Positions 17,250 through 26,774 are shown, counted from the stretch's first letter. The stretch is DNA of 32,000 nt from Desulfocapsa sulfexigens DSM 10523 (GCF_000341395.1 NC_020304.1:300001-332000); one strand, 5' to 3'. Program-made: numbers and translations. The notes: generated by a model from the sequence alone, not told the origin.

Positions 17250-17366
17250 ATGGGAGAAATCACCATTCTCCACGCCTATCCTGAGTTTCTGGTCATAAAC
17301 AAACCGTGGGGCCTCCTTTCGGTACCTGAAATCGATCCGGAGGAGAAGGTAAAAAAACTTATTTGA
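17250..17366 (+). pseudogene. 5' stump of an RluA-type pseudouridine synthase (catalytic core missing)
   Basis: The 38 codons MGEITILHAYPEFLVINKPWGLLSVPEIDPEEKVKKLI* match the RluA N-terminal strand (E. coli RluA: ILYQDDHIMVVNKPSGLLSVPG). The ORF stops before the catalytic HRLD motif. It is in a different frame from 16553-17245. Confidence 0.55.
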
Positions 17367-17435
17367 CAGTTCTCCCAGTGAAGATGTAGAATTAATTTCT
17401 TGTTAAAATTTAATTTCTACCTATCTGGAGAACCA

Positions 17436-19154
17436 ATGAAAATCAGCGACATACCAATCCGTTGGAAAGTTCTTACTCTTGCATTACTCGGTCCTGTCAT
17501 TGTGGCCGGGATTCTCGCAGCTCAGCGGATCAGTGATATCCGAGATGGAGCCGAACAGGCTCTGATTGACAAGAGCATAGGCATCACTCTGATGGCTGAG
17601 GCCACTCGGGACCGGATGGCTGACAAGATGCGTCTTGGTGTCATAAAGCCCTTCGACGAAATGGACCCGCAGCAGATAGTTGAAGCAGTGCCTATTGTAA
17701 CTGCCCTTCAGGTTGCTGCTGACAAGGCCCAGGAAGCCGGCTATGAATTCCGATCGCCTAAAGTTTCCCCACGTAACAGCAAGAACACCCCCACTGAGCT
17801 GGAAAGAAGTGTCCTGGCTGAATTCAAAGAAGGAAGCATAGACCACAAAGTAATAGTGGAAGAAGATCAGATACGTTACTTCAGGCCAATCAGGCTAACC
17901 GAAGAATGTCTCTTCTGTCACGGTGATGACAAGGGTGACGAAGATGTTACCGGAGGTATCAAAGAGGGGTGGAAGGTAGGAGAAATACATGGTGCCTTTG
18001 AGATCATCAGTTCTCTTGAAGAAACCAACAAGGCGGTTGCTGCAGCAAAAATAACCGTTGCACTTTCAGTACTCATTATACTCGTGGTCATTGGACTGTT
18101 CTCCTGGTTTATCCTGCGGGTAAGCATTATCAGACCGTTGGATCAGGCCAAAAAGTATATTGACAAAATATCTCAGGGTGACCTGACGGTATCCGTAACA
18201 GAACCATCAAAAGACGAATTTGGCCAGATTCTTGAACGACTGGGTCATATGGCAAGAAATCTCCGGGACATGGTCGCTGAACTATCTACCACTGGACAAT
18301 CGCTGGAATCCTCTTCTGCCCGAATGGGAAAACTGGCCGATGAATTTGCAGGAGGAGCCGATGATACCGCAGGAAGATCTCAAACCGTAGCCGCTGCTGC
18401 GGAGGAAATGAGTGCCAACATGAATACCGTTGCTGCAGCAACAGAAGAGGCGTCCATAAACATTTCTCTTGTTGCCACTGCCACAGAAGAAATGACTTCT
18501 AATATCAATGGTATTGTCAGTAATACGGAGAAGGCACAGGAAATCACAAAACTGGCAGTTAACGAAGCAAGTTCAGCGTCTGAGAAGGTTGACGAACTTG
18601 GAAAAGCTGCCAGAGAAATTGGAAAGGTAACAGAGACCATAACCGAAATTTCAGAACAGACTAATTTGCTGGCACTGAATGCTACAATTGAAGCTGCACG
18701 TGCAGGAGAAGCCGGAAAAGGTTTTGCTGTTGTTGCCAATGAGATCAAAGATCTTGCCAAACAAACAGCAGAAGCCACAGGTGAAATCAAAAAACGGATC
18801 GATTCTATTCAAAACTCTACAAACTCAACCGTCAGCCAGATTGAACAGATCACCACTGTTATCACAAATGTTGATGCCATTGTCGCAACCATAGTTGATG
18901 CAGTAGATGAGCAGTCAGCTACAACAAGTGAGATAGCTGAAAACATCAGTCAGGCTTCCGCCGGTATCATGGAGGTAACTGAAAACGTAGCTCAGGTTTC
19001 AGCAGTTTCCGGCGAAGTTGCCAGGGATATTGCCGAGGTCAGTGAATCTGCTGGAGTTATAGCTACTGGAACAACGGAAATAAAAGAGAGTGCTATCGAA
19101 CTCAGCCGGCAGTCTGCTATCCTGCAGAGCATTGTTAATCGCTTTAAAATGTAA
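17436..19154 (+). CDS. Methyl-accepting chemotaxis protein with a DUF3365-like c-type-heme (CxxCH) sensor domain
   Basis: ATG at 17436 is preceded by GGAG (the track TTG at 17400 is less likely). The order is TM1, sensor domain with CLFCH at 17907-17921, TM2, HAMP, then the MCP signalling hairpin [35 protein letters not shown]. Confidence 0.85.
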   Translation: MKISDIPIRWKVLTLALLGPVIVAGILAAQRISDIRDGAEQALIDKSIGITLMAEATRDRMADKMRLGVIKPFDEMDPQQIVEAVPIVTALQVAADKAQEAGYEFRSPKVSPRNSKNTPTELERSVLAEFKEGSIDHKVIVEEDQIRYFRPIRLTEECLFCHGDDKGDEDVTGGIKEGWKVGEIHGAFEIISSLEETNKAVAAAKITVALSVLIILVVIGLFSWFILRVSIIRPLDQAKKYIDKISQGDLTVSVTEPSKDEFGQILERLGHMARNLRDMVAELSTTGQSLESSSARMGKLADEFAGGADDTAGRSQTVAAAAEEMSANMNTVAAATEEASINISLVATATEEMTSNINGIVSNTEKAQEITKLAVNEASSASEKVDELGKAAREIGKVTETITEISEQTNLLALNATIEAARAGEAGKGFAVVANEIKDLAKQTAEATGEIKKRIDSIQNSTNSTVSQIEQITTVITNVDAIVATIVDAVDEQSATTSEIAENISQASAGIMEVTENVAQVSAVSGEVARDIAEVSESAGVIATGTTEIKESAIELSRQSAILQSIVNRFKM

Positions 19155-19194
19155 GCAAGACCCACCGTATTTAGTGCATAGCTTGCAGGCATAG

Positions 19195-19229
19195 GTCCAG
19201 AATTGGAGTAATGAATTCCAATTCTGGAC
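19195..19229 (+). terminator. Strong hairpin downstream of the MCP gene
   Basis: Perfect 13-bp stem gtccagaattgga (19195-19207) / tccaattctggac (19217-19229) with a 9-nt loop, 40 nt after the stop. Only a short T-rich tail (ttcct) follows. Confidence 0.45.
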
Positions 19230-19431
19230 TTCCTGTCATGACTGCCATTTCTAAGATTGACGCTTTCGCCACTCCTCCCATGGGGTAATTAACCATAGAA
19301 ATGGCCCATTAACTCCCACTCATTGCACTAGAAAGTATTCACATCTGACCTCTGCAGATAAATACGAATCATTTAACACTTTTGGTTTCTTCCGGATCCC
19401 GTTGAAGATTACAATAATATCAGGATGTACC

Positions 19432-22200
19432 ATGAAAAAACCTGCCAATCACTCGTTTGTATTGCTTGTTCTTCTATTTCTCCTGTTGTCTCCCCTTACC
19501 GTGATCGGACAGCCAAAGGACACAGCACCCAGAGTGCTTATTCTGCTCTCCTATGACCAGAAAAACCCATGGACCGCAGCTCTCCTCGAAGGCCTGGAAG
19601 CAGGGTTGGCCACTGCGGAACCGGAGCCTGAGCTCTATATTGAATATATGGACAGCAAACGGCACAGCCAGGAAGTTCTTTTTTCGCAGCTGAAAAAGCT
19701 CTACCGGACAAAATACGGCGCCATGACCTTTGACCTTATTATCCTTGGAGACAATAACGCCTTTGATTTTTTTCTTCCCCTTCGTACATCGCTGTTTCCC
19801 GGTGTCCCGGTGGTGTTCTGTGGTGTCAACAACTTTTTCCCTGCTTCCATCGAGGGCCACGACAAGATTACAGGAGTAGTGGAAAAATCAAATATTCTCG
19901 AGACAATACAACTGGCCCTGAGCCTGCAGCCTGACACCAGGCATGTTGCGGTTCTCTCCGACAACACCCCCACCGGACTGGCATACAGAAAAGAGCTATT
20001 AGAAAGTATGTCGGCTTTGGGAAATCGAGTGAGTTTCATAGATCTCTTCAATCAGACGGAAAAGGAATTGATACGTTCCCTGGCCGACTTACCCCAAAAG
20101 AGTATTGTCCTCCTGATTTCCTTCTATCGTGATCGTAACGGAAAACAGCTCAGCATTAGGGAACAGCTGCAGCTGATTCAGAATAATACCAGCCATCCAG
20201 TTTATGCATTGTGGGATCTCTATCTGGGCCGGGGAATTGTGGGCGGTGCCCTCAGCACTGGCCATTCCCAGGGAAAAGATACTGCGCTGCTGGGCCTCCG
20301 GATCCTTGCAGGAGAGGACATGAATCAACTTTCTGTGCTCCAGACAAGTCCCAACATCCCCACGGTTGATTACAGGATGATGCAACAACATGGTTTAGCT
20401 CTGAAACGGCTCCCCGAAGGAACTGTCATCCTCAATAAGCCAGGCTCTTTTTACAGTGACCACAAACAGATTATATGGCTGACCCTACTTCTGCTGCTGC
20501 TTCAAACGCTGATCATTGTTTTCCTCATTCACACTATTCGTCGCCGCAGACTTGCTGAACTCCAGTTACAGGAGCAAAAAGATCATTTACAGGATCTCGT
20601 AACCCAGCAAACTGCTGAGCTTTCAGCGACCAATACCGAGCTGCTTGAAAAAGTAACCAGCCTCAATAATTCTCTGCAGCAGGAAGAAAACCTGACCAGG
20701 ATTATTGAAGACTCCCTTAATGAGATTTTCCTCTTTGATACCACGAGCTACAAGTTTGTCTTTGTAAATACAGGAGCCCTGCAAAATATCGGATACACCA
20801 TGGATGAACTCCTTGAGATGACTCCTCTGGATATCAAGCCCGATATCAAAAAAGCCTCTTTTGAAGAAATCATCGCCCCTTTGCTCAGCAAAAAACAGGA
20901 AAATGTCGTTTTCGAGACACTTCACAGGCGTAAGGATGGCTCCACCTACACGGTGGAAATCCACCTCCAGCAATCGGTGTATCGTTCCCAGCCTGTCTTT
21001 GTGTCCATTGGGCTCGATGTCACAGAGCGAAACAAGAGAGAGGAAGCTCTTCTGCAGAGTAATGGACAATGGGATCGAACCTTCAACTCCTTTACTGATA
21101 TTGTAACTCTTCAGGATAAGGATTTGTTAATAATTAAAGCAAACCAGGCCGCCTGTACCACCCTCGAGCTCCCCTGTGACTCCATTGTCGGCCGTCATTG
21201 TTATGAACTTTTTCACGGTGCATCGGAGATCTGCCCGGATTGTCCCACCCTCGAGACACAGAAGAGTTTAAAACCCTACAGCCGGGAGATTTACCATGAA
21301 AAACTCAACAAAACCTTTCTGGTCTCTGCAGCTCCTGTCCTGGATTCTCAAGGAAAACTGGAATATATTGCCCATGTGGCCAAAGACATCACTGCCTGGA
21401 AACAGCTGGAAGACCGGCTTCTTCTTTCTGAAAAGATGACCAGTGTTGCCGGTCTTGCTGCCGGGGTCGCCCATGAAATCAACACCCCGCTTTCGGGTAT
21501 TCTTCAGTCGGAACAGCTGATCCGGATGGGGCTTTCCCCGGATACTCCGCCAAACCTGAAAGTGGCTGAAAAGCATGGCGTAAACCTCTCCTCGGTACAG
21601 GCTTATATGAAAGAACAGGAGCTTGATTTTTTTATGGATGGCATCAGGTCTTCTGCTCTCAAGGCATCACAGATCATCAAAAGTCTCCTTGATTTCAGTC
21701 GTCCCCAGGATGGGAGCTTTTCAACCAGTGACACTAACGCACTGGTTAAAGATGCAGTGGCCCTGGCAAAATCTGACTATAACTTACGGAAAAAACATGA
21801 CATTATCAACATCAATATCGTTGAGGAATATGATAGGAATCTTCCACTTCTTTTCTGTGCGAAGGTGGAAATTGAGCAGGTCCTTCTGAATCTGATAAAA
21901 AATGCGGTTCAGGCCATGGCAGAAAACAAGATGAGAAAACCCCGCCTTATCCTGCGTACTTTGCAGGTAGGAGAGGTTATCCGTATTGAAGTGGAAGACA
22001 ATGGTCCGGGAATGGAGAATGGTTTAAAAAAACAGATCTTCAACCCATTCTTTACCACCAAGGAGATTGGAGAGGGTACAGGCCTTGGCCTTTCGGTCTC
22101 TTACACCATTATTTGTGAAAAACACCATGGAAAGATCTGGGTGGAGAGTGAAGCTGGTAAGGGCGCCAGATTTGTTGTGGAGTTACCCATAAAACAGTAA
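19432..22200 (+). CDS. Sensor histidine kinase (periplasmic ABC-substrate-binding-like domain, 2 PAS, HisKA-like, HATPase)
   Basis: ATG at 19432 gives the signal peptide MKKPANHSFVLLVLLFLLLSPLTVIGQ. A periplasmic binding-protein-like domain, TM helix, coiled coil and two PAS domains follow. H-box GVAHEINTPLSGIL. N/G boxes LLNLIKNAVQA and DNGPGM...GEGTGLGLS. Confidence 0.85.
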   Translation: MKKPANHSFVLLVLLFLLLSPLTVIGQPKDTAPRVLILLSYDQKNPWTAALLEGLEAGLATAEPEPELYIEYMDSKRHSQEVLFSQLKKLYRTKYGAMTFDLIILGDNNAFDFFLPLRTSLFPGVPVVFCGVNNFFPASIEGHDKITGVVEKSNILETIQLALSLQPDTRHVAVLSDNTPTGLAYRKELLESMSALGNRVSFIDLFNQTEKELIRSLADLPQKSIVLLISFYRDRNGKQLSIREQLQLIQNNTSHPVYALWDLYLGRGIVGGALSTGHSQGKDTALLGLRILAGEDMNQLSVLQTSPNIPTVDYRMMQQHGLALKRLPEGTVILNKPGSFYSDHKQIIWLTLLLLLLQTLIIVFLIHTIRRRRLAELQLQEQKDHLQDLVTQQTAELSATNTELLEKVTSLNNSLQQEENLTRIIEDSLNEIFLFDTTSYKFVFVNTGALQNIGYTMDELLEMTPLDIKPDIKKASFEEIIAPLLSKKQENVVFETLHRRKDGSTYTVEIHLQQSVYRSQPVFVSIGLDVTERNKREEALLQSNGQWDRTFNSFTDIVTLQDKDLLIIKANQAACTTLELPCDSIVGRHCYELFHGASEICPDCPTLETQKSLKPYSREIYHEKLNKTFLVSAAPVLDSQGKLEYIAHVAKDITAWKQLEDRLLLSEKMTSVAGLAAGVAHEINTPLSGILQSEQLIRMGLSPDTPPNLKVAEKHGVNLSSVQAYMKEQELDFFMDGIRSSALKASQIIKSLLDFSRPQDGSFSTSDTNALVKDAVALAKSDYNLRKKHDIININIVEEYDRNLPLLFCAKVEIEQVLLNLIKNAVQAMAENKMRKPRLILRTLQVGEVIRIEVEDNGPGMENGLKKQIFNPFFTTKEIGEGTGLGLSVSYTIICEKHHGKIWVESEAGKGARFVVELPIKQ

Positions 22201-22465
22201 AGAAAATCCAGGTGACCGAATACCAGCAATCCTGTCGCACATGAATAGTGTTACAGAGAAGGGACACCTTTAAGGTGATGGCAAGCTACCTGGAAGAGGA
22301 TAATATTGCGAGTATTTAAGATTTTCCTTACACATAAAACTTGCGTTTATCTTTTAGGAGTGATAACTAACTGAGAAAATTTTCATTAAGATAAAAGATC
22401 AGGCCTTAGATGTACACTCCCCTCAGCAATGGGCCCGTATCATCACTTAGTAACAGCGAGCAACT

Positions 22466-25417
22466 ATGCCTGAAAAAAACATATCCCGTTGGATCTGGAC
22501 AATGGGCTATCGGGCCAAGGCCCTGACAATAGTCTCTACCACCATTCTTATCCTCGCCTGTGTCACCCTCTTCTACGGCATCAGGGAGCACAACAGAACC
22601 ATAGAGTTGCTGATTGCAAAGACTGAAGCGGATATTCACGCCACAGTGAGAGAGGCTCGGCATCGATCCCTCACAGACTATGAGAAACGACTGCAAACCT
22701 TTCTTCAGGTGAACCCGGAGATTATCACGGCCTTTGCAGAACATGACCGTGAGCGTCTTTATGCTCTCAGTCTGCCCCGTCTCAAGACACTGCAACGGGA
22801 AAACAAATTGTTCAGCAATATCCACTTTCATCTGCCCGATGGAACCTCCTTTCTTCGCGTAAATGATCCGGAGCACTGGGGAGACAACCTTCTACAGGAC
22901 AGACCTTCACTGAAAAAAATCCATGCGGAACGAACCCCGCTTTCCGGCTTTGAAATCGGAGTCCATGGCGGATTCTTTCGGGTCATAGCCCCGGTCTTTC
23001 TGCGGGAACGTTATATCGGAGCAATGGAATTTGGTTTGGATATGCATCAGTCCGTTGATATAATACAAAGAATACTGCGCATGCCGACAACCAGCTGTTT
23101 TCCGATTGAACACTGGAAACACGCCGTTCAGTTCACTAAATTTCCAATGGTTTATCGTGGCCAGTATGCGATCAACAGCCATGGGGATCCAATTTATGCC
23201 AAGCTCCCCTCTAATCTCCCCATGGATCGGGAGTATCATAGCCGCGTTGAGATCGAGGGAAGTCATTATATCGTTCATACCCACCAAATTTTCAATGATT
23301 TTGAGAAGAGGGAAATCGGGGGCTTGATTATACTCCAGGACATCACTGACCTTATCCTCAACAAGCGGCATTTTATCGCACAAGCCATCATTTTTACCAT
23401 CTTTTTCCTGGTACTGGGCATTACTGTACTCCATCTCAGTTTCAACCGACTCTTTGGAAACATGGAAAGAGAGGTCGCAAAACGGGAGGAGGCAACAGCC
23501 AGCATGGAGCGTGCGGCACGCCAATGGACTGCCGCCATGGATTCTGAAAGTGATGCGGTCTACATCCTGGATCTTGATCGAAAGCTCATCCAGGCAAACA
23601 GGGCCTTTTATAAAGCAATGGCCACGGATATGGAAACGGCCTTGGGCCGTCCCATTGAAGAGATCGTTCACCCCCATGGGGAAACTGCGCCCTGCCCCAT
23701 CGCCCAGGCCCAGAAAGAACTGCGGGATGGACAATTTCTGCGGGAGGTGGATGACCCGGATAATTCCAGCGGCCTGCCTTTGGAAATTACTGTGACAATC
23801 ATAAGAGATCATGACGATAAACCTCTTAGTATTTTTATGCGGCGTCACGACCTCAGTGAACAACGGGCAGTGGAAAACCGGTTGCGTAAGAGCAAGGAAG
23901 AATGGGAACGAACCTTTGATTCTATTGCAGATCTGGTAACCATTCAAGACAAGAACATGCAAATTGTAAGGGCAAATCGGGCAGCGGAAGAATTTTTTCA
24001 GGTGAAGCGCGGAGGTTTGAGTGGTCTGTACTGCTATGAGGTCTTTCGCGGCAAGAACAGCCCCTGCCAGGATTGCCCAATGCTCAGTATCAAAAAAGAT
24101 AGTAAAGAGCACCCTCCCATTATTCACCATGACAACCTGCAAAAGACCTTTCATATCTCCTCATCCCCCCTGCTTGATGCCGATGACAACGTTGAATACC
24201 TGGTGCATATTGCCAGGGATATCACGACCCAGAAGGCGCTTGAGGAGGAGCTGTATCAGGCACATAAAATGGAGGCCATCGGCACAATGGCCGGTGGTAT
24301 TGCCCATGACTTCAATAATATTCTTGCTGCCATCGTCGGCTTTGCGGAGTTAGTACGTGCTGATCTGGCCGAGGGCAGTCCGTCACGGGAAGATATGGAT
24401 CAAATTATTCAGGCGGCAGACAGGGCGAAAAGTCTGGTACAGCAGATACTCAGCTTCAGCCGAAAAGGCAGTCACCAGCTGCAGATTTTTGCCCCCTCAT
24501 CCGTTGTCCACGAGGTGGCGAAGCTGCTGCATTCCACCCTGCCAAGCACGGTAACCATAGAAGAGACCATTGAAAAGGATACCGGAACAATCAATGCGGA
24601 TCCGACCCGGATCCACCAGATCGTTATGAACCTCTGCACCAATGCTTTCCATGCCATGGAGGGAGAAAAAGGTATCCTTGGTATCAGTCTGCAGCAACAG
24701 GAGATCACCAGTGAAGCCGCCCATAACAAAAAAATTCCACCGGGAAATTATGTCGTTCTTGAGGTGAGAGATACGGGATGTGGTATGGATAAAACAACAC
24801 AGGAACGGATTTTTGACCCTTTTTACACCACCAAAACGGTTGGCAAGGGAACCGGGATGGGGCTCTCTGTTCTCCATGGAATAGTCAAAGACTACCATGG
24901 GTTTATTGAAGTTGAGAGTTGTAAAGGGATAGGCAGTACATTCCGCGTCTATTTTCCATCCGTAAAGACGACCGACGAACCACTTCCTGTCCACACGGAA
25001 AAAAACACAAAGGCTGCAGATATTCCAGGGAGTGAAGAAATTCTTGTTGTTGATGATGACCCACTGCTTGTCCGTATTAACGGGCGTCTTCTCGGGGATC
25101 TCGGCTATCGGGTGACGGAAATGACCTCCAGTACAGAGGCTCTGGAAAAAGTACGCCTGGAACCGCACCGCTTTGATCTCCTTATCACCGACCAAACCAT
25201 GCCACAACTCACCGGAACCGAACTGGCCGCCTCGATAATGAAGATCAGCCCGAAGACAGCGGTGATCATGTGCACCGGACACTCCGGCCTGGTTTCAAAA
25301 GAAGATGCACTGGCCATGGGTATCAACCGTTTTGTCTACAAACCAATTAAAGGGATGGAATTAATTGAGGCTGTGCGCGAGGTTTTGAATGAAACCCGGA
25401 GGGCTTCAAGGTCCTGA
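22466..25417 (+). CDS. Hybrid sensor histidine kinase (Cache-like sensor, 2 PAS, HisKA, HATPase, REC)
   Basis: N-terminal TM helix. The Cache-like block IHFHLPDGTSFLRVNDPEHWGDNL...GFEIGVHGGFFRVIAPVF is followed by TM2 and two PAS domains. H-box GIAHDFNNILAAIVG, ATPase boxes DTGCGM...GKGTGMGLS, and C-terminal receiver ILVVDDDPLL...LLITDQTMP...KP. Confidence 0.9.
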   Translation: MPEKNISRWIWTMGYRAKALTIVSTTILILACVTLFYGIREHNRTIELLIAKTEADIHATVREARHRSLTDYEKRLQTFLQVNPEIITAFAEHDRERLYALSLPRLKTLQRENKLFSNIHFHLPDGTSFLRVNDPEHWGDNLLQDRPSLKKIHAERTPLSGFEIGVHGGFFRVIAPVFLRERYIGAMEFGLDMHQSVDIIQRILRMPTTSCFPIEHWKHAVQFTKFPMVYRGQYAINSHGDPIYAKLPSNLPMDREYHSRVEIEGSHYIVHTHQIFNDFEKREIGGLIILQDITDLILNKRHFIAQAIIFTIFFLVLGITVLHLSFNRLFGNMEREVAKREEATASMERAARQWTAAMDSESDAVYILDLDRKLIQANRAFYKAMATDMETALGRPIEEIVHPHGETAPCPIAQAQKELRDGQFLREVDDPDNSSGLPLEITVTIIRDHDDKPLSIFMRRHDLSEQRAVENRLRKSKEEWERTFDSIADLVTIQDKNMQIVRANRAAEEFFQVKRGGLSGLYCYEVFRGKNSPCQDCPMLSIKKDSKEHPPIIHHDNLQKTFHISSSPLLDADDNVEYLVHIARDITTQKALEEELYQAHKMEAIGTMAGGIAHDFNNILAAIVGFAELVRADLAEGSPSREDMDQIIQAADRAKSLVQQILSFSRKGSHQLQIFAPSSVVHEVAKLLHSTLPSTVTIEETIEKDTGTINADPTRIHQIVMNLCTNAFHAMEGEKGILGISLQQQEITSEAAHNKKIPPGNYVVLEVRDTGCGMDKTTQERIFDPFYTTKTVGKGTGMGLSVLHGIVKDYHGFIEVESCKGIGSTFRVYFPSVKTTDEPLPVHTEKNTKAADIPGSEEILVVDDDPLLVRINGRLLGDLGYRVTEMTSSTEALEKVRLEPHRFDLLITDQTMPQLTGTELAASIMKISPKTAVIMCTGHSGLVSKEDALAMGINRFVYKPIKGMELIEAVREVLNETRRASRS

Positions 25418-25462
25418 CGTTCCTGTTTTTTTTGCCATGGTAATTCTACACAAAAAACATAG

Positions 25463-25680
25463 CCGGAGACCCCGCCCTACATGATATTTCTGTTGGTCGG
25501 CCCATATCTTCGGAGTCTCCTACCTCACTGGGGCTTCCGTCTAATCCTGCCTCACGGGAGCACCCTTGCCATCGGCGGGTCATTTTGTTACCTTCCAAAA
25601 CGTCACATCGCCCCCCTTAGAGGAAACTCCCCCCACCAGGCCCGCATCTTAGCTTTGTGTTGGGCATCAATAACCCGAGC
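25463..25680. other. GC-rich non-coding spacer with three consecutive imperfect hairpins (unassigned: structured RNA, leader or gene relic)
   Basis: My hand count gives about 55% GC, versus AT-rich spacers elsewhere. Stops occur in most frames.
- Hairpin 1: ggagac 25465-70 / gtctcc 25515-20, with inner atgatat 25481-87 / atatctt 25504-10.
- Hairpin 2: ggggct 25530-35 / agcaccc 25559-65, with inner ccgt/acgg.
- Hairpin 3: ggcg 25574-77 / cgcc 25609-12, with inner ttttg 25583-87 / caaaa 25596-600.
- Direct repeat cctcac-(n)-ggg at 25523 and 25550. Confidence 0.3.
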
Positions 25681-25691
25681 TTAGAATTATC

Positions 25692-26774
25692 ATGGCAATA
25701 CTTTTTTTTATCACCGGGCTGATCTTTTTAATTGTCGGTGCGGAAGCATTAGTGAGGGGCTCATCCCGCTTAGCGGCTGCTGTAGGTATATCACCACTGG
25801 TCATCGGGCTGACTGTCGTTGCATTTGGTACCAGCTCACCTGAACTTGCGGTAAGCATCAAATCAGCGCTATCCAACCAGGCGAGTCTTGCCGTTGGAAA
25901 CGTTATTGGAAGTAATATTTTCAATGTTCTCTTTATTCTCGGCCTTTCAGCCTTGATTGTGCCACTTTCCGTATCGCAACAACTGGTCCGGCTTGATGTA
26001 CCTCTAATGATAACAATCTCGGTTGTTGTCCTTGTTTTATCGCTGGATGGAATTTTCAGTCGCACTGATGGTCTCATGCTGGTCACAGGTCTCGCTACAT
26101 ACATCTCTTTTTTGATTTACCAAAGCCGCAGGGAAAACTCTCATGTGCAAGAGGAGTATGCGAAAGAATTTGGGACTGAAAAAAATGTAACAAACAGCTG
26201 GACTAAAAACATCGTCATGGTCCTTAGTGGCCTCGCACTGTTGGTGCTTGGCTCGCGCTGGCTCGTCAACGGAGCAGTCTCCTTTGCCCAATATCTGGGT
26301 GTCAGCGAACTGGTTATCGGGTTGACGATTGTTTCAGCCGGTACATCCCTCCCTGAAGTTGTTACCTCCGTCATTGCCGCGGTTCGCGGCGAGCGGGACA
26401 TTGCTGTTGGGAATGTTATTGGCAGTAATATCTTCAACATTATGGGCGTACTTGGATGTGCCAGCATAGTGGCGCCAATGGGCATCGAGGTGGCCACTGC
26501 GATCTCCAGGTTCGATATTCCGGTAATGATCGCTGTAGCCTTTGCATGCCTGCCAATATTCTATACAGGTGGTTTGATTAGCAGAAAAGAGGGTGCATTG
26601 TTTCTCAGCTACTACGTGGCCTATACCTTTTATCTCGTCTTCGCCGCATCTCACCATGACGCATTGCCTGTTTTTAATGCAGCCATGCTCTACTTCATAA
26701 TCCCTCTAACTATGGTCACACTGATCATTGTGGCGTTACGGGAAATGCACAACAGGAAAAATCGTTCGGAATGA
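25692..26774 (+). CDS. CaCA-family calcium/sodium(cation) antiporter (YrbG-like)
   Basis: About 10 TM helices. Two alpha-repeat signatures are present: AVGNVIGSNIFNVLFILG and AVGNVIGSNIFNIMGVLG. Confidence 0.85.
   Translation: MAILFFITGLIFLIVGAEALVRGSSRLAAAVGISPLVIGLTVVAFGTSSPELAVSIKSALSNQASLAVGNVIGSNIFNVLFILGLSALIVPLSVSQQLVRLDVPLMITISVVVLVLSLDGIFSRTDGLMLVTGLATYISFLIYQSRRENSHVQEEYAKEFGTEKNVTNSWTKNIVMVLSGLALLVLGSRWLVNGAVSFAQYLGVSELVIGLTIVSAGTSLPEVVTSVIAAVRGERDIAVGNVIGSNIFNIMGVLGCASIVAPMGIEVATAISRFDIPVMIAVAFACLPIFYTGGLISRKEGALFLSYYVAYTFYLVFAASHHDALPVFNAAMLYFIIPLTMVTLIIVALREMHNRKNRSE

Noticed and set aside
17400-17435. TTG-initiated N-terminal extensions proposed by the ORF track: MCP at 17400, HK1 at 19402, PBP1B at 26906 and DUF2868 at 14741.
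   Set aside because: In each case an in-frame ATG slightly downstream gives a proper signal peptide or TM start. The MCP ATG also has a GGAG RBS, and the DUF2868 ATG avoids overlap with the divergent gene.
22907-24154. A 415-aa ORF antisense to the hybrid kinase. Similar long antisense ORFs occur at 1567-2481, 4276-4836, 24497-25282 and 20623-21069.
   Set aside because: Every one I checked except 4276-4836 (unchecked) is codon-aligned with the sense gene, so its stops could only arise from sense TTA/CTA/TCA codons, which these genes rarely use. The translations are low-complexity, have no recognisable motifs, and the sense-strand genes have strong domain evidence. I read this as a codon-usage artefact.
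25421-25435. A T8 run right after the hybrid kinase stop, considered as an intrinsic terminator.
   Set aside because: I could not find a convincing upstream stem, since there is no complement to cgttcctg. I left it uncalled.
25481-25684. A 67-aa ORF in the spacer upstream of the antiporter, considered as a real gene.
   Set aside because: It has no RBS, odd composition (Pro/Leu/Arg-rich) and no family resemblance as an intact protein. I keep it only as a possible gene relic under findings.
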